Below the pieces are notes generated by a model. That model saw nothing but the letters and a program-made list of their open reading frames with translations. It did no database searches and was not told the origin of the DNA. A DNA stretch of 64,000 bases from Heteronotia binoei. Lineage: Eukaryota. The stretch is taken from NCBI RefSeq assembly GCF_032191835.1, contig NC_083230.1:48918001-48982000 (forward strand), given 5' to 3'. Below, one piece after another: positions 33,628 to 47,643 of this stretch. The position numbers and the translations under genes are program-made. How positions within the stretch are numbered: the stretch's first letter is position 1; each line of letters starts with the position of its first letter.

Positions 33628-34766
33628 TTTTACAACCCAGCCCAAACAAAGTCCCATTTATGTCAGATCCAGCTCTATGAGTTTGACACCCCTTCTCTAA
33701 CCACTATACCACACTGACTTTCAGTAGCCTAATAATTTACCCCTTTTTAGTACTGCTATAGGCTCCCATGGATCGGTGGTATTATCAGATGTCTACAAGA
33801 AAACTTGCTCAGGTGTAGTTTACATCTTCCTTATTTTTCATATAGGTGGATTTCAGGATTCTGAAAGTGGATATGTTCGTGCTGCTAACATGCCTCATCA
33901 GCGAAAGCATCAAAGAATATATCTTTAATACCACAGCAAAATGCTTTTCCTGTGCTTTTCCTAAATAAGGTTTTTGTTAAGTCACGTCTGGTGAACTAAG
34001 TCCAAAAATGGACTTTTATGTCTACAACATATACGTAACTTGTATTGCATCATCTATTGCAAGTGCAGCTTTGTTTTCAATATCAGAAAATTACTTCTCT
34101 CAAGTTGTTGGTTTCTGCTACTGTCCAAATGTTTTGAAGGCTTGGGAACCGCTAGCAGCTTAATATCAGAGTACTTCATATAGATGGCAGGATGCTAATT
34201 TGTGATTGTCCAAGTAGGTCTGTTCTGTATTGTTGCTATTTTAACCCTTTTCAATACAAACATGTTTGCAAGCTCTTCAAATGCAGAAGGAACATCATGC
34301 AGTTTGTTGACATGCTTGTTTTCAAATATTACACTATTTTCCAGAAATCGTTAATAAGACAATATTTCTGGGCAGAAGAAAATCAGGAATAGGTGATTCT
34401 TTTGATAGTGCATAAAAAAGAACTATAGCAAATTCTATATTTAAAATATTTATATACCTTTCTTCCAAGCACCTCAGCTCCCAAGATGGGTAACACCAAT
34501 ATAAAAACAGTATGATAAAAATAGACATCCAAACAAACATAGGCTTGCAGCCTGCCTAGACACCTGTGGGGGTGGAGTGGGAGCATGTTCACTGATTCTT
34601 CCATCATTCAGCAACCCAAAACCCACCTTGAAATGCTGCTCCTCAGAGAAGGATAGTGTGAGGGGAGACTGGAGGTCTCCTGTGTGAGGGGGTGTGGGTA
34701 AAAATATGCCCCCCACATGCTACAGAAGAAGTCCAAACCTAGAACATTTGAGAATGTGCATTAGAT

Positions 34767-35033
34767 AAAGAAGAGATTGGATTTATACTCCGCCCTTCTC
34801 TTAGAGTCTCAGAGCAGTTTATAATCTCCTTCCCTTCCTCTCCCCACAACAGACACCCTGTGAAGCAGATAGGGCTGAGACATCTCTGAGGGACCTGCTC
34901 TTGAGAGAACAGCCCTGAGACAACTGTGACTGACCCAAGGTCACCCAGCAGCTGAATGTGGAGGAGTAGGGAATCAAACCTGGTTCTCCAGAGTTGAATC
35001 CACCATTCTTAACCACTATACCAAACTGGCTCT
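34767..35033 (-). mobile_element. Full-length tRNA-derived SINE (Squam3-like)
   Basis: Minus strand AGAGCCAGTTTGGTATAGTGGTTAAGAATGGTGGATTCAACTCTGGAGAACCAGGTTTGATTCCC (A/B boxes) to GGGCGGAGTATAAAT..TCTCTTCTT tail. Confidence 0.85.
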
Positions 35034-38000
35034 GACAAAGTAAATAAAATATATATACCATCTCAGGTTGCAGTACTGGTGCTGTTTAAAACTCCATTAA
35101 TGGTGCTTCTGGTACAAAAGGCATTACCTTCCTGGATCACCCTTCCCAATGCAGCCGCCCAAATAATATTCTGTCATGCTGCACCCATTGCATCCAGTAT
35201 CAGCATTTTAAAGTTCTGATATCACTTTGGTAATGTGGAGACTGGGAAGGACTGTGGCCAAACTGTTAAATCATTAGGGAGCTAAAATCAGTGTTCACTT
35301 TTAAGTGCATCCTGAGAACAAGTTGCAGGAAATGTTGCAAAGAACTTTTTAGCCTAAGGTCAGTGTAGCAGTTCTTATATGTTCAAATGACCTCTGCACA
35401 GATGACATGGGCAGGAATAGAATTTTGGATGGGTTGTTTTGGGGGGTGGGGGGCAAACAGTCAAAATGAGAATATATCAGGACCAGGTAGACCAGGTTAA
35501 GGGAATGGGAAAGTTTTAGCCCTTTTTGTCTTTCTCTTGCAGCTGCCTCCTGCTTGTTCCATTATTACACCTTAAATTCTTTCTTCTTTCTTGCTGTGAG
35601 CCCCTCCTTAGATTGGTGTTTGGTTTGTTCGTGAATATAGCAGTGCCTCCTTGCCTTCAAAGTCCTTCATAGCCTTGCCCCCCTCTTGTCTTTTTCCTGT
35701 CATAATCCAGTACATCACTTCTCAGCTGCTCCCCTATTGATCTTTGTTTCTCTGGCTCCTGCCCCTGTTGTCTGAAGGATGAAGAGACATTTAAATGACT
35801 CTCACCTTTCTCCCTTGCTTCCCTTATTTCTCCCTGAAGCACCTATATGATTCTACCTGTGTCACCTTCTCCAAATTTGTATTCTATAGGAAGTCTTTGA
35901 CATACATTCTTAATTCTAGTCTCCTCCTAAAAGAAAGTCTAAGCATATATAATTGGAATAAACACTTGTTCTTCCTTTCTCTCCTTTCATAGTTTCCCTT
36001 CTAGCAAATTTTAAGTTATAAACTTCTCAGGCTAGTCATTTTGTACTCTCTATAAAGTGGGATGCACATTGATGGCATTACATAAATAATGAAAATGTCT
36101 TCCTGGTACTGTTGACATTTAGTAATCTAGACATCAGGACTTTGTTTTTTGTGGAAATCTCCAATTTCTGTCCTTAGATGGCTGTCTTCACTGCATGGCT
36201 AATGTACATTTATAGTTGTTTGGTTTAGGGATGCTCATGGCACTAACAAGCAAGCTGATTTACTTAAGATCATGGGCTCCAGACCTTGTTGGCAGGCTCA
36301 CTTATAAATGGACCAATGTAAATAGCAAAAACAAACAAATAGGAGCACGTTTGATGAAAAAGATTGTGTTAGCTCATTGGAGTTTGGGAGGAGAAGAAAC
36401 AAGCAACTAGTGCTTGATAGTGATTTGACATCTGATTGTTTTGCATAAAGATGAACAGAAAACTTCATTCACAACAGAGTAGTATCAAAGTTCCTGAACT
36501 GAGCAGAGCATCATCTAATGTCAATAAAGGCCATTCACATCAAGGGAATCCAACACAAAGGCTTTCTTGCACAGTAGGGAATCAATATAGTGAACAGGAG
36601 CTGGCAATTAAAACAATGTAGCAAGCTGCATCTAGAAGTGGGAACCTTCGGTGCAGCAGATTTAAGTGCTAAGCTTGCTTTTTTTTTTTTTTTTAGGAAG
36701 ATCAGCCAATCCTGGCAAATGAGCCACTCTTCCTAAAAATCAGTGTCTGTGCCACTTTCACTCTTGCTGGGATGAACATTCAAATTGTTCTAAGGCCACT
36801 TTAAGTAATGCTATCTTTTTCCATGCTTCTGTGCCATTTACACAACAGGAAGGCCTGGTTATTGCCTATCTGTCACTTTGGTGTAGCCTAGCTTCCCTTG
36901 CCATAAAAGAAATTGGGCTATAAATATATTCTTAGAACTTTGTCAAAGGGGAGATTCTTTGTTTGGAAATCAGTTTCAATAGTAAAAACAGATTTTGGGT
37001 TTTGACCTCTCCTAAGTTTTTAATAGTGGGACCTCACTTTTTAGCCAGGTTCATTTTAAGCATGATGTCTACATTTAGGGACAAGCAAATACAAAGCAAA
37101 TTGCATTTTATGTGTTACTTCATGATTCTGCACTGGATAATTTACTTTGGTCTTTTCTTTGACTGTGTTGTTGGCAATGTGAAGGCCCAAACAAAATACA
37201 GTGTTATGAAACCCAGCAGGAGATGTATTGCCTTATTACACATTCATTATTTCATCTTCCTGTTGAATTGCTGTTAAGTGATAAGATTGCCGAACCAAAA
37301 GAAAGTATGCTGTTCAATACTGGGTGATAGATTGGGATGAAGAAGGTACTTGGTGTTGAGTGCATTTTTGTTCTCAGTCCTGAAGTATCACTTGACTTAG
37401 TGTATAGATTCAAGGTTGCACAACTGGAATTTATGTATCAAGGCAGACATACAAAATATTTTTGCTCTGTCTAATACAAATAATTGTGAATAAACTTTTA
37501 AATCTAGTTGTCAGAAATCCTGGTGAATCTGAGTAATGAAGTATGTAATGAAATAGCAATGTGCTGTGTCTATTTGTATTCATTATATGGGCTTCTCTCG
37601 CACCTTCCTTCTAGTGTATATACCTAACTACTCAAAGAAGCTGCGTGTTCTGGAACAGAGAACAACTTTTTTAAAAAGCAGCATAAGCTCTATTTAATAC
37701 TAAATAGGAAATGATATTCTTATCATAGAGATGTTTATGGCTTTTAGGATGACTTATGCAGTGACAGCCGTATCTGGTATGATGGTAGGGCAGTTTTTTC
37801 CTACTACCAGTATATTGCCTCTTCAGCTGCTGCTGTATTAAAGTTGCTTAGTATAAAATACAAGAGTGCTTACCAAAGCTTTCACTGCAATGGCTGAAAG
37901 GCTCTGAGAATAATATTTAACATTAGTATAATGCTTTCAAATGTTCAGAACCCTTCATACTATCTTGCAGTTCTTAACAACTCTCTAAGACTGGACATTA

Positions 38001-40620
38001 TTATGCCCATATTTGGGGGGGAGGGAAGAGGCAGTGGGGCTGGGTTCTTGCCAGAGGCCACCTGGCAAGTTAATGGCAGCGACAAGGAGCCTGAGTCACT
38101 GAGCTCTACCCAAGTGGGATATGAGTTGTCTCCTGTTGTTCTCATAGTATCATACACTAGTACACTGCTAAAGCAGTATGTGTTCTGTAATTCAATTTGT
38201 GGGATTAGTGAATTTTGTATATCACAAATCCTACTGATTTTCCAAGCCTACCTAGCTCAAGTATTTTGTACTTGCCAGCTGCTAGACAAACTCTTACCCT
38301 TTCATCCCTTCATATTTTATGAGCCTCTGGGTTCAGAAAGATAGCTTTACTTCATGCTTGTTGTTGGCACATGTCTCTGTGCAGTTCTGGTTCATCTTTA
38401 CTGCTCTCTTCTAGGTAGAGTTGATGAAGACATACACAGTATGCCTTAGTATTTTTCTCACACACACGCTTGTAATTTTTGATCATGAGCCTTAGCTCTA
38501 GTTATCTGCAAGTGATGTTGCAATAGTGTATTTTATGTTACATTCTGCCCAGTGGATAAATTATTGGAAATTAGCATCAGCTGTTTCAGCCAAATAAGTA
38601 GGTTGGTACCTAGCAATCAGGAGATGATGGTGCTTCAAGAAAAAATCTTCATGGTGACAAACATGTGAAAATTTGAGTGTAGTCATTAGCTGCTAAAAAC
38701 CCAGTATTTTGCTGGAAAGCAGATTCTACAAACTTCATAAACTACATCAGGACAGTCTGTGGAGTGGTGTTCTTGGTCTGCTGTAGAAGAGCGGTAGCAA
38801 GGAAAATCTGACTTTCGTCTAGAGATATCTCATCCACAATTATTTCAATAATTGTAGGGATCCTCTCAGTTCATAGTGTTGGTGTACTGGTTAGTTTGTT
38901 GGACGGGGGCTGGGGAATCCCAGTTTCAAATTTCCATTTGGACCTGAAGTCTGTATATTACTATATTTGGCCTATTGGTTATGTAATACAAGTTATGACC
39001 ACGTGTATTGCAATGGATTAAAGCAATTCAGTAATTTGCGAGTTGTGGGGTATTCACTGCCACATTTTTTTCCAATACAGCTGTTACAAATGGGATGACA
39101 TCTTTTCTGTGGGTTGTTTCTGCACTCTGTTGGTCACCCTTTTGCCATTTGTCCTGTTCAAGTGCTTCTGCAACTATGAATCATTTAGACATTGCTGAAC
39201 TTCCACTTCTTACCTCAGAGCTGCAAGCCATGCTGGGAGAAAGAATGCGTCAGACCAAAGGTTGGCTTACTGTTCCCTTTGGATGCAATCTAATGGGTTT
39301 CATATTTTCCTGTAACAGAGTACATTTTAGGACCTGTCTTTTAAGATGAGACACTAGAGTACTGACTCCCTGCAAGAGAAAAGCATACTAAATACATTAT
39401 TTAGCACAAGTGAAAACGGTACTTGTGGGCTCCAATGTCTCCCCCACCCCAGTATCACTGTGGGAATAACATGGAGGTCTGTAGGAGTAGAGAGCAATCA
39501 GTGAAAATCAGGAAAGGTAGGGTTCAAAAACATTCTTAGAATCTACTTATAGATTTTAGCATGTTGGCAGTCAAACTGTACTTTTATAAAAAGTCCAGTA
39601 AAGTAAAGTTCAATGAAGGCACCTTGTTGGAGTAGCTGTGCTTTTATAGGGTATCTTTTCACATTACTGATTTGAGGACTATATTGCAGTGATGGTTAGA
39701 CCACATAACATAGCATAGCATGTGTTTAAAAATTTTTATTTCTGTAATGCAGCAGGATAAAGTGGCAGAGTTTGGATTGTGGCAGAAAAAAACTGCAAAT
39801 GACAGATAATATGTTTAAAGATCCCCCCCCCCCCCCCCAGTTTTTGAAATTCCCTTTTAATAGTAGCACATTAGGGAAAGGGATGGATGACATGCTAGTT
39901 TACTTTCTGGAGAGATTTTGTAAAGATACGAGAGAACATTCAAAAGTAGTATCCTCCATGTTTAATCTAAAATACTGTCCATTCCTTATTTATCATCTTG
40001 CATGCTCAGACTGAGCCAGTGTCTCCCTTTTTGTCCGTTTCTGACAATAATAAAGATAGATCCATCAAAAAGCCAGAATGATCTTTAACCCTGTACCAAA
40101 TGTTAACATACTAGCAGGTCTGTGTTTAATTTGTGAAGTAGCTGTGACAATTCAGTAGATGTGAGAACTGCTCAAAAGCATGCCCCTGGTTGCTGACTTC
40201 GAAGCCGAGAACTCCACATTATCAACCATCTCTCATTTCCTGATGCCCAGCTGCTGCTGTTGAAATATGACTAATGCTTCACTATTTTCAAGGGAAATAA
40301 TTCTGCAGTATTATTTTCTAACGGCTGGCTTTTACACACACAACCTTTTAGACATCCATATTAAACATTGTTGTGTCTATTCCTTGCTTAAACAGCTGGC
40401 TATGATCAGTTTTACTTGTACTTTAAGGAGGAATGCTAGGATATTATCTACATTTGGGAGTTCTGGTGGCACTTCTAAGAAATTAAATAGTCATAGTGGT
40501 GGGACAGAATCCTGTCCTGCTATTATAATCTTTGTCTTTTTTAAACTATTTAGTTAGCTCAGGGTTGAACCCAAAGCACTGAGCACAACTTGTTACTAGG
40601 AATCTGTTAACAAATATTTT

Positions 40621-40832
40621 GGGAGGGATGATGGCTCAGTGGTAGAGCATCTGCTTGGTAAGCAGGAGGTCCCAGGTTCAATCCCTGGCATCTCCAACTA
40701 AAAAGGGTCCAGGCAAATAGGCGTGAAAAACCTCATCTTGAGACCCTGGAGAGCCGCTGCCAGTCTGAGTAGACAATACTGACTTTGATGGACCGAGGGT
40801 CTGATTCAGTAGAAGGCACCTTCATATGTTCA
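40621..40832 (+). mobile_element. tRNA-derived SINE (Squam2-like)
   Basis: GGCTCAGTGGTAGAGC A box, GGTTCAATCCC B box, tail TTCATATGTTCA; near-identical to 60465-60676. Confidence 0.85.
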
Positions 40833-40923
40833 ATATGACCACTGCCATTTTTCACAGAGTGACAGTGAAAAAGGAGACAGCATTGTAGGCTGCATTTATT
40901 TTCTTTTTTATTTGACTGCTATT

Positions 40924-41420
40924 GGGGCTCTTTAGCTTGGAGAAACGTCGACTGAGGGGTGACATGATAGAGGATTATGCATGGGATAAAGAAGGTGGAG
41001 AAAGAAGTACCTTTCTCCCTTTCTCGCAATACAAGAACTCATGGGCACTCAATGAAATTGCTGAGCAGTTGGGTTAGAATGGATAAAAGGAAGTACTTCC
41101 AAAGGGTGATTAACACATGAAATTCACTGCCACAGGAGGTGGTGGCGGCTACAAGCATAACCAGCTTCAAGAGGGGATTGGATAAACATATGGAGCGGAG
41201 GTCCATCAGTAGCTATTAGCCACAGCATATTGTTGGAACTCTCTGTCTGGGGCAAGTGATGCTCTGTATTCTTGGTGTTTGGGAGGGGCAACAGTGGGAG
41301 GGCTTCTAGTGTCCTGGCCCCACTGATGGACCTGCTGATGGCACCTGGGTTTGCAGCCACTGTGTGACAGAGTGTTGGACTGGATGGGTCATCGGCCCAT
41401 GGCGTCTCTTATGTTCTTAT
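40924..41420 (+). mobile_element. CR1 LINE 3' fragment (different subfamily from 18270-20936)
   Basis: LFSLEKRRLRGDM...WNSLPQEVVAA-type coding end and 3' UTR ending CTTATGTTCTTAT. Confidence 0.85.
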
Positions 41421-41890
41421 TCATCTGTGAGAAAATATTACTTAGTGTAAGATCTGTAGCTTGGACAAAAATTGGAAACTTTCCTTGACCATTCACTTTT
41501 GCATATTTTGACAGGTCAAGGATAACACCTGGATAGGCTTTTAAGGTAAAGGATTATTAATCTTTCACTGGAAGGATGTTCCTGTGTAGCAGCAGAACAT
41601 GTAGTCATATATATATCCTCAATTCTCAACAGTCCCCTGCTTGTGTGAATACTTATTTCCACAAACAGAAGGCACACTCTCCCCCAGCAGGTTTTTCTAC
41701 AATCTCCGGGAGCTCTGTGGGTCTGCAGAAAAATCCAAAAAGTTTTTTTAAAACTCAGGGAGGGTTGAATCGCCCCCCAGTACCTTTTGAAATGGCTGCC
41801 ACGGGACCCTACTCCTGGCCCCACCACATTGACAGTGAAAGTTAGACTGGTTGATGATAGCCAGAGAGAGACAGAGAAACAAAAACAAGA

Positions 41891-41972
41891 CTGGAGCTAG
41901 AATTGGGGAGGATCCTTCCTGCAATATGAATAGCTAAATATCAGGAAGAATCCTCCCCAATCTCAGCTCCAG
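41891..41972. repeat. Inverted repeat, 31-bp arms, 20-nt loop
   Basis: 41891-41921 vs reverse complement of 41942-41972 match 27/31; weaker symmetry extends about 25 bp further on each side. Confidence 0.8.
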
Positions 41973-42277
41973 TTCTGCTTTTGCTTCCTTCTCTCTTCAA
42001 CCATTTTAAGTCAATTCTGTCTCCTCTACAATTAGCAGTTTACCCAAACCATTTAAGTAATGCAACTGGCCACCTATGCAACATCTTTCTTTTAGGCATA
42101 TGTTATATGGACATCCTGTTACACTCATTCCACTTCTGCAAGTGGTGAGAAATTCTTGGGGCTAGCACTGATCCAAGTTAGTTCCCTTGGAGGGAGAGAG
42201 TATGTCTTTGTAGCATTTGCTTTGTTTACAAATATACAGGCACATAATAGATGAGGCAAGGAGGCATTCCTACAGGA

Positions 42278-42580
42278 CAGGGATGGTTTAACTGTGGCTC
42301 TTTGACGCATATTGTGTGGCTCTTGAAGCCCCACTGCCCTGTTGGTCAGCTTGGAGAAGGCATTTGTCTCTTAAATCCTCCTTCCCTTCCCTCCCTCCCT
42401 GTTTGTTTCCAATTGAGGGAGCTAGAGAATGCTTGCCAAAATATTTCACTTTCAAGGAAATTTCAGGAAACAAATAGTTCTAGTTATATAGTAGTTTAGT
42501 TTATTGCCATCAAAGATCTGTTAAAAATTGAAATAAGATATGCCAACAGCTCAAGGTTGCTTTTATTCTTGCCTGATTCA

Positions 42581-42631
<51 letters not shown>

Positions 42632-42788
42632 ATAATATATAATTGCACAGCGAATCAGATGGGGCATGGTTGGCATCTTGGGAGCTGGCAGGCCTGGGCG
42701 AATCTGGCTGCGTTCATGTCTTGCGGCTCTCAAACATGTGATGTTTATTCTATGTGGCTCTCACATTAACCAGGTTTGGCCACCCCTG
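42278..42788. mobile_element. hAT-type MITE, 511 bp, same family as 27672-27953, containing (TC)n at 42586-42628
   Basis: TIRs CAGGGATGGTTTAAC / GTTTGGCCACCCCTG; TSD CTACAGGA (42270-42277) vs CTACAGGG (42789-42796), 7/8; shared GCGGCTCTCAAACAT..TTTATTCTATGTGGC subterminus. Confidence 0.8.
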
Positions 42789-44377
42789 CTACAGGGCTAT
42801 CCCACTTCAGATCCTCAGATAGAGAGAGCTCAGTCTTGCATCCCAAGGCCTGCAAGGGCTGCTGCTTCTTTTTGTGTCTCCATTGCTGCATCATATTTGC
42901 AGACCTAAACATACCTGTTCATGCTGGAGCTGCTAACTCTGGGGTTTTTACCTTGGACAGTATCCAAGACACACTATGTTAAATGGATGGTGCTTTCAGA
43001 AGGATGGGATTTGGAACACATTTTATTTTCATGGCAGGGGAAATTTAAAACGGCAATACTTAATATTGAGATGGCACATTTCAAGTACTTAAAGATCTCC
43101 TATGTTTTATCTCAACAAGCATTCAACCATTCTTATACAAAGGCAAGTATTATTTCTCCCACACTGTAGCTGAAATGTGAGACAAAGAGAGTTGCCTGAG
43201 GCTACCTCAGAATTAGTGGCTAAAGCAAGATTCACACCAAGTACTTCCCCCTCGCACCACTGACACTCTGTACTGAGAATCTGCTGGAGTGTTTTTCACA
43301 AGACCATCCCAATCAAATGACAACTGAGAAACATTTACATCTAATGTGGTATTCAAAGAAATACTTTAATTAAAAGCAACAATAACAAATATTACAAACA
43401 GCAGAAGAATACAGAAATAAAAAGAACTATGATACTTAGAATTAACACACAGAAACACATTAAAAACAACAAGGACAGAAAATGAAAGGATTAATGCTTT
43501 GCATACATTCTGTGTACTGTATTGAATGGGTCTCATCACAAGGAGTATATACATTTAGTAATAACAAATTCTATATTTCAGTTTCAAAAAACTGTAATTA
43601 CAACTTAAAACAAACTACAACACATTCCACAGCATTCTGTTGCAGGTCCTCCCTTGTATCTTTATATATCCCGTTGCTACATGGAAAATAAAGTGCCTTA
43701 AATATTTTAAAGTTCATGATCAAAACCCAGTAAAAATACATAAAAATACCATTGTATACTCAGGTACACTCAAGATGATTTCAATTACCACTGATTTTAG
43801 TCTCATGGCAGCTTGTGGTAGTTAAATCACAAATAAATGTATTAAATTGATTACAATAATTAGCCAGTGAAATACCACCAACTAAAAGTCATTATTTGAT
43901 TACACAAAGCATCCCTGAACTTGAAAGATTCTTTATCAGTGAATGAGCTGAGTGAGTTTTTGGAGGCTTTTCATCAGCACATATATGGCAGAGCCATCTC
44001 CTGAAAATCTAAGAAGGCATGGCACAAGGCATTCCTTCAGATGTGGCTGTTTCAGTTTCATTATGGTCTATATCAACCTGTGATTAAATTATATATTACT
44101 AATAGATCAAACATGCTTTTGCTAAAAGGAACAGGGAGCCACGGTAGTTCATTCTGGCATGTCTGTATTTAAACAGTTATCCACACAGGTTACTTAAATC
44201 TTCTGGGGCATTGTGGAGCAGAAGTGTACTTTTAAACAATTTAGTAGAATGTATGAACAAGTACATTCTATATAATTTTAGGAACAAGGTTAATAAACCA
44301 ATCATGGAGACTTACCTTACTACAATATATGTTCTTTTGCATTGTAGGTATTGAAGGGTTGACGTAACACTTTCACC

Positions 44378-44434
44378 ATGCGTGAATATAAGCTAGTAGT
44401 TCTTGGTTCAGGAGGGGTTGGCAAATCTGCTTTG
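44378..44434 (+). CDS. RAP1B: Ras-related protein Rap-1b, coding exon 1 (MREYKLVVLGSGGVGKSAL); exon begins at 44348
   Basis: Acceptor TGTAG|G at 44347/44348; Kozak-like CACCATG; in-frame upstream TGA at 44360-44362; P-loop GSGGVGKS; donor GTAAGT at 44435. Confidence 0.98.
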
Positions 44435-47013
44435 GTAAGTAGTACTGTATGACTGCTTCGTGTCTTATGAGTAAAATGAAGTGTGTAAAACTGATACCTT
44501 CTCCTGACTTGTAGCAATAAACTGCCAGAGCTCTGCCTCCTTGCTGCAAAATGCCCAAGTCTGTCTTTTTTTTCCTTGAAAATTTAAGCAGGCTTTAAGT
44601 CAAAATAGTAGAAAGTGATATGCAAGTCAAGGCAACAAAAATGCCGTGTTGAAGAAGGTAGTTAAAAGATTATGATCTGTTTCTTTCAGTGAAGTATTCT
44701 TAAAGGCCAGTATTTAAAAGGAAATCTGTTGGAAAGAAGCTGTGTGTAGATAATGTATCAATGAATATTATTTTAAAATATCAGTTATTTATCTTATTTT
44801 AGCTTACCTGCTTAAAGTTCATTAACAGTGTGGATGTTGCAGCAAACATTCTACTTATCCATATCAAATATAGAAATCTATAATAGGTCTTGGATCCTTT
44901 TTAAAAAGCACTTATTTGGACTTATTTTTCAAACTTAACCAAGCATCTTATATAAAGCACTTATTATTCAAACTTAATCTATAACTGAGAATACAATTTA
45001 AAGTTTGCTGCTCATTACCATAAATAAATAAAAGTTTGTCTTTATTTTAAAAACTATCAATCTGTTTTTCTCATTTCCACCCCCTCCCCCTCCAAAGAAA
45101 AAAAAGAACTAATAGCAGCTGTGCACAGGGTGGGTCTCAAGAAATTTATGTTGGCCCAGGCACTTGAGTAAAAATTACAATTTCTCTTTTAAAATGCAAG
45201 CTGTTCCAGGTGTTCTCTAGCTGTGGACAAAATTCAGAAATTTGGTTCGCAGTGAGTGAATCAGATATTCAAAGCATCATAATAGCAAATACACCCTAGG
45301 GTCTGTTTTTTAAAAAAAATTAAATCAAAAATCTTAAACCTGAATCACGGCTGCTTTTATAGTGGATGTTGCAGTGATATTATTTGTAGTTTTCCTACTT
45401 GGTAAGAAGACATTGGTTGAGATTTAACTTGTAAATATCCTGGTATTCTCTATACTCATCTTTTGGCCTACAAGCACCATAAACTAAACAAATGTTAAAT
45501 ACAGTTTGTTTGTGGTTACTTAACAAATTGTGGTATACCATTACTTTGGGTAGGGGTCTGCTGTAGATAGATTTTGATTTTTAAGCCTCTTTTTAAACAG
45601 AACCCCCTTTTCTTCCTTGTGAAGAGAGTCTGCTGGAAGTGTCAGAACTGTCCCAGTTTATTCTATGGTTTCACTGCTTAAAGTAGGCTTGATACAATCT
45701 CAGAAATAAGGAGGCGCTGAGGAAATCATTGGGATTTCAGGTAGCCTTCTGAGCATGTCCTCAACATATGACTAGAGTATTTAGAAAGTAAATACTCATG
45801 AATTGTATATGCTGTTTATAGCATAGTGCACCAAATCTGCATTAACACAACTTGCTTTTGTAGAAAAACAGATTAGGGAAACATTAATAGTGTTTCTATA
45901 CAGGCACAATTAGACATTTCAGCTTGTCTGGTAATCTCCCTGTCTTCATTTTCTCAGGAGAATAGTATCATCATAAAGCAGCAACATAAAATGCTATAAA
46001 ATGACCACAGGCAGGAGTCTGTTACATAACCTGTTGCTAAAATAAAATGTTGAAGGCAGACATCAAGATGGATCTAGCCAACCACTGAGAGAACAGATGT
46101 GGATTTTCTTTATTCTCTTCTGACCCCTGAAAATATTTCTGATGTTGCAGGACTCGTGGGCAAACAGCTGTGTGGGCTAAGGGGTGCAGTGAAGAGGTGG
46201 CAGTGGGTGAAATCATCTCCATCTTTCATTAGCAGAGGAGGGAGATTTTGCTGACTTGCCCTTTTTAACTTCACCCTCCGGACCATATAGCTGTTTTGTT
46301 TGCATGGGTCCAACAACTTCAGGAATAATATTTCCAGGAGTTGGAAGAGACTTCTGGGTAGAGCAGGACATGGGGAATATCTGCATTTGCTAGTGCCTTT
46401 CATTGGTTGTTGACTGGATATGACACAGTTCCACTAAAATTTGCTGTATTAGAGTACTTTGTAAAATCAGAGCACAAAATTGTGTGGTATAACACTATCA
46501 AATATTCATGTAGATGGAGGACGACTATCACATTTTTACAATGTTAAGATAATAGTCACACTTACAATACTTGTTTAAATTTACTGTTGCAGAGATTTGT
46601 TCTTCTGTACAGAAACCAGTACCTTCTCCTCTCTTTAGTCTTCTACACTGCTTGCCTTCAACGTTGTACCAGTAATGTAAAGATGTGCCACAGACTTAAA
46701 TACCTTGTAGAGAAGGGGTATAGCTGTTGGTAGCATTCTCTGAGGTAGCTATAATGAGAGATGGAATTCACATGTAGCATTTTCATTCTTAACCTGTGAA
46801 AGTTTCTCTCTGGAACTTATTTAATAATATAGATCTTACGTCTAAACTGGTAAGCCAAACCAATAAAGAAACTAATATATACCCAGAAAGCAACCTAGAA
46901 ACAATTTTATTTTTCAAAAGATGTAGTAAACTGTCCAAACTCTTTTTAGTAGGGGAATTTGCTAAATAGAATTGTGTATAAACTGTTTAAATTTATACAT
47001 ATTTTTGTTGTAG

Positions 47014-47082
47014 ACAGTACAGTTTGTTCAAGGAATATTTGTTGAAAAATATGATCCTACGATAGAAGATTCCTACAGAAAG
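47014..47082 (+). CDS. RAP1B: Rap-1b coding exon 2 (TVQFVQGIFVEKYDPTIEDSYRK)
   Basis: TAG acceptor, GTATGT donor; switch I / effector loop YDPTIEDSY; 69 nt. Confidence 0.98.
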
Positions 47083-47643
47083 GTATGTGAATAGAGGGAA
47101 AAGGTACTTCTAATTGAATGGGTATATTTCATAATATAATACAGAGCATATCCCCATTACCTGAGCCTGCTGGTAAGACAGCAGTGAAACTGCTGATTTA
47201 AGGCCCTTTAAAGTAAAAGATACTTGCACAGTTTTCCTGGGTGGCTAGGTGGCAACCCAAACAGTGCAGCATGAAAAGGGCGAGACCATAGCCCTGTGGA
47301 TCCCCCCCAATAATGATTATCTTCCTGGGCTGGCTAGATACTTAGTCCAGTCTTTAAAAGCAAAGTAAGGCCACTGCTTGGGCATAACTGCTCACACAGC
47401 AATCTATTAAGTCAACCTATCATTTACAAGGGAGCTGCCTGATATAGCATTGTTGAAGTTAAGTGGGCATGGACCAGTTTAGTATAAGGATGGAAAGCTG
47501 CTAGTAGTACTATGTTAGCTGTTCTAAGCCTTCCTGAAGAAAGATGTAATTACATTTTTATCCCACTTTTTGGACAAAAATTGATTTCTAAGGTTATTAG
47601 AGCAGTTAAACAAATACAAATATCAATTAAAGCATAAGGAAGA

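Noticed and set aside
33868-33905. Minus-strand CTGATGA...GAA resembling a hammerhead core
   Set aside because: GAAC instead of GAAA and no credible stems I-III.
40621-40700. tRNA genes here and at 60470-60545, 34960-35033
   Set aside because: A and B boxes are present, but no acceptor stem or cloverleaf, and they continue into SINE bodies.
25564-44347. Intronic snoRNA (human RAP1B hosts a SNORA70 copy, from memory)
   Set aside because: No SNORA70-like sequence recognised by eye in any intron; an Infernal scan would be needed.
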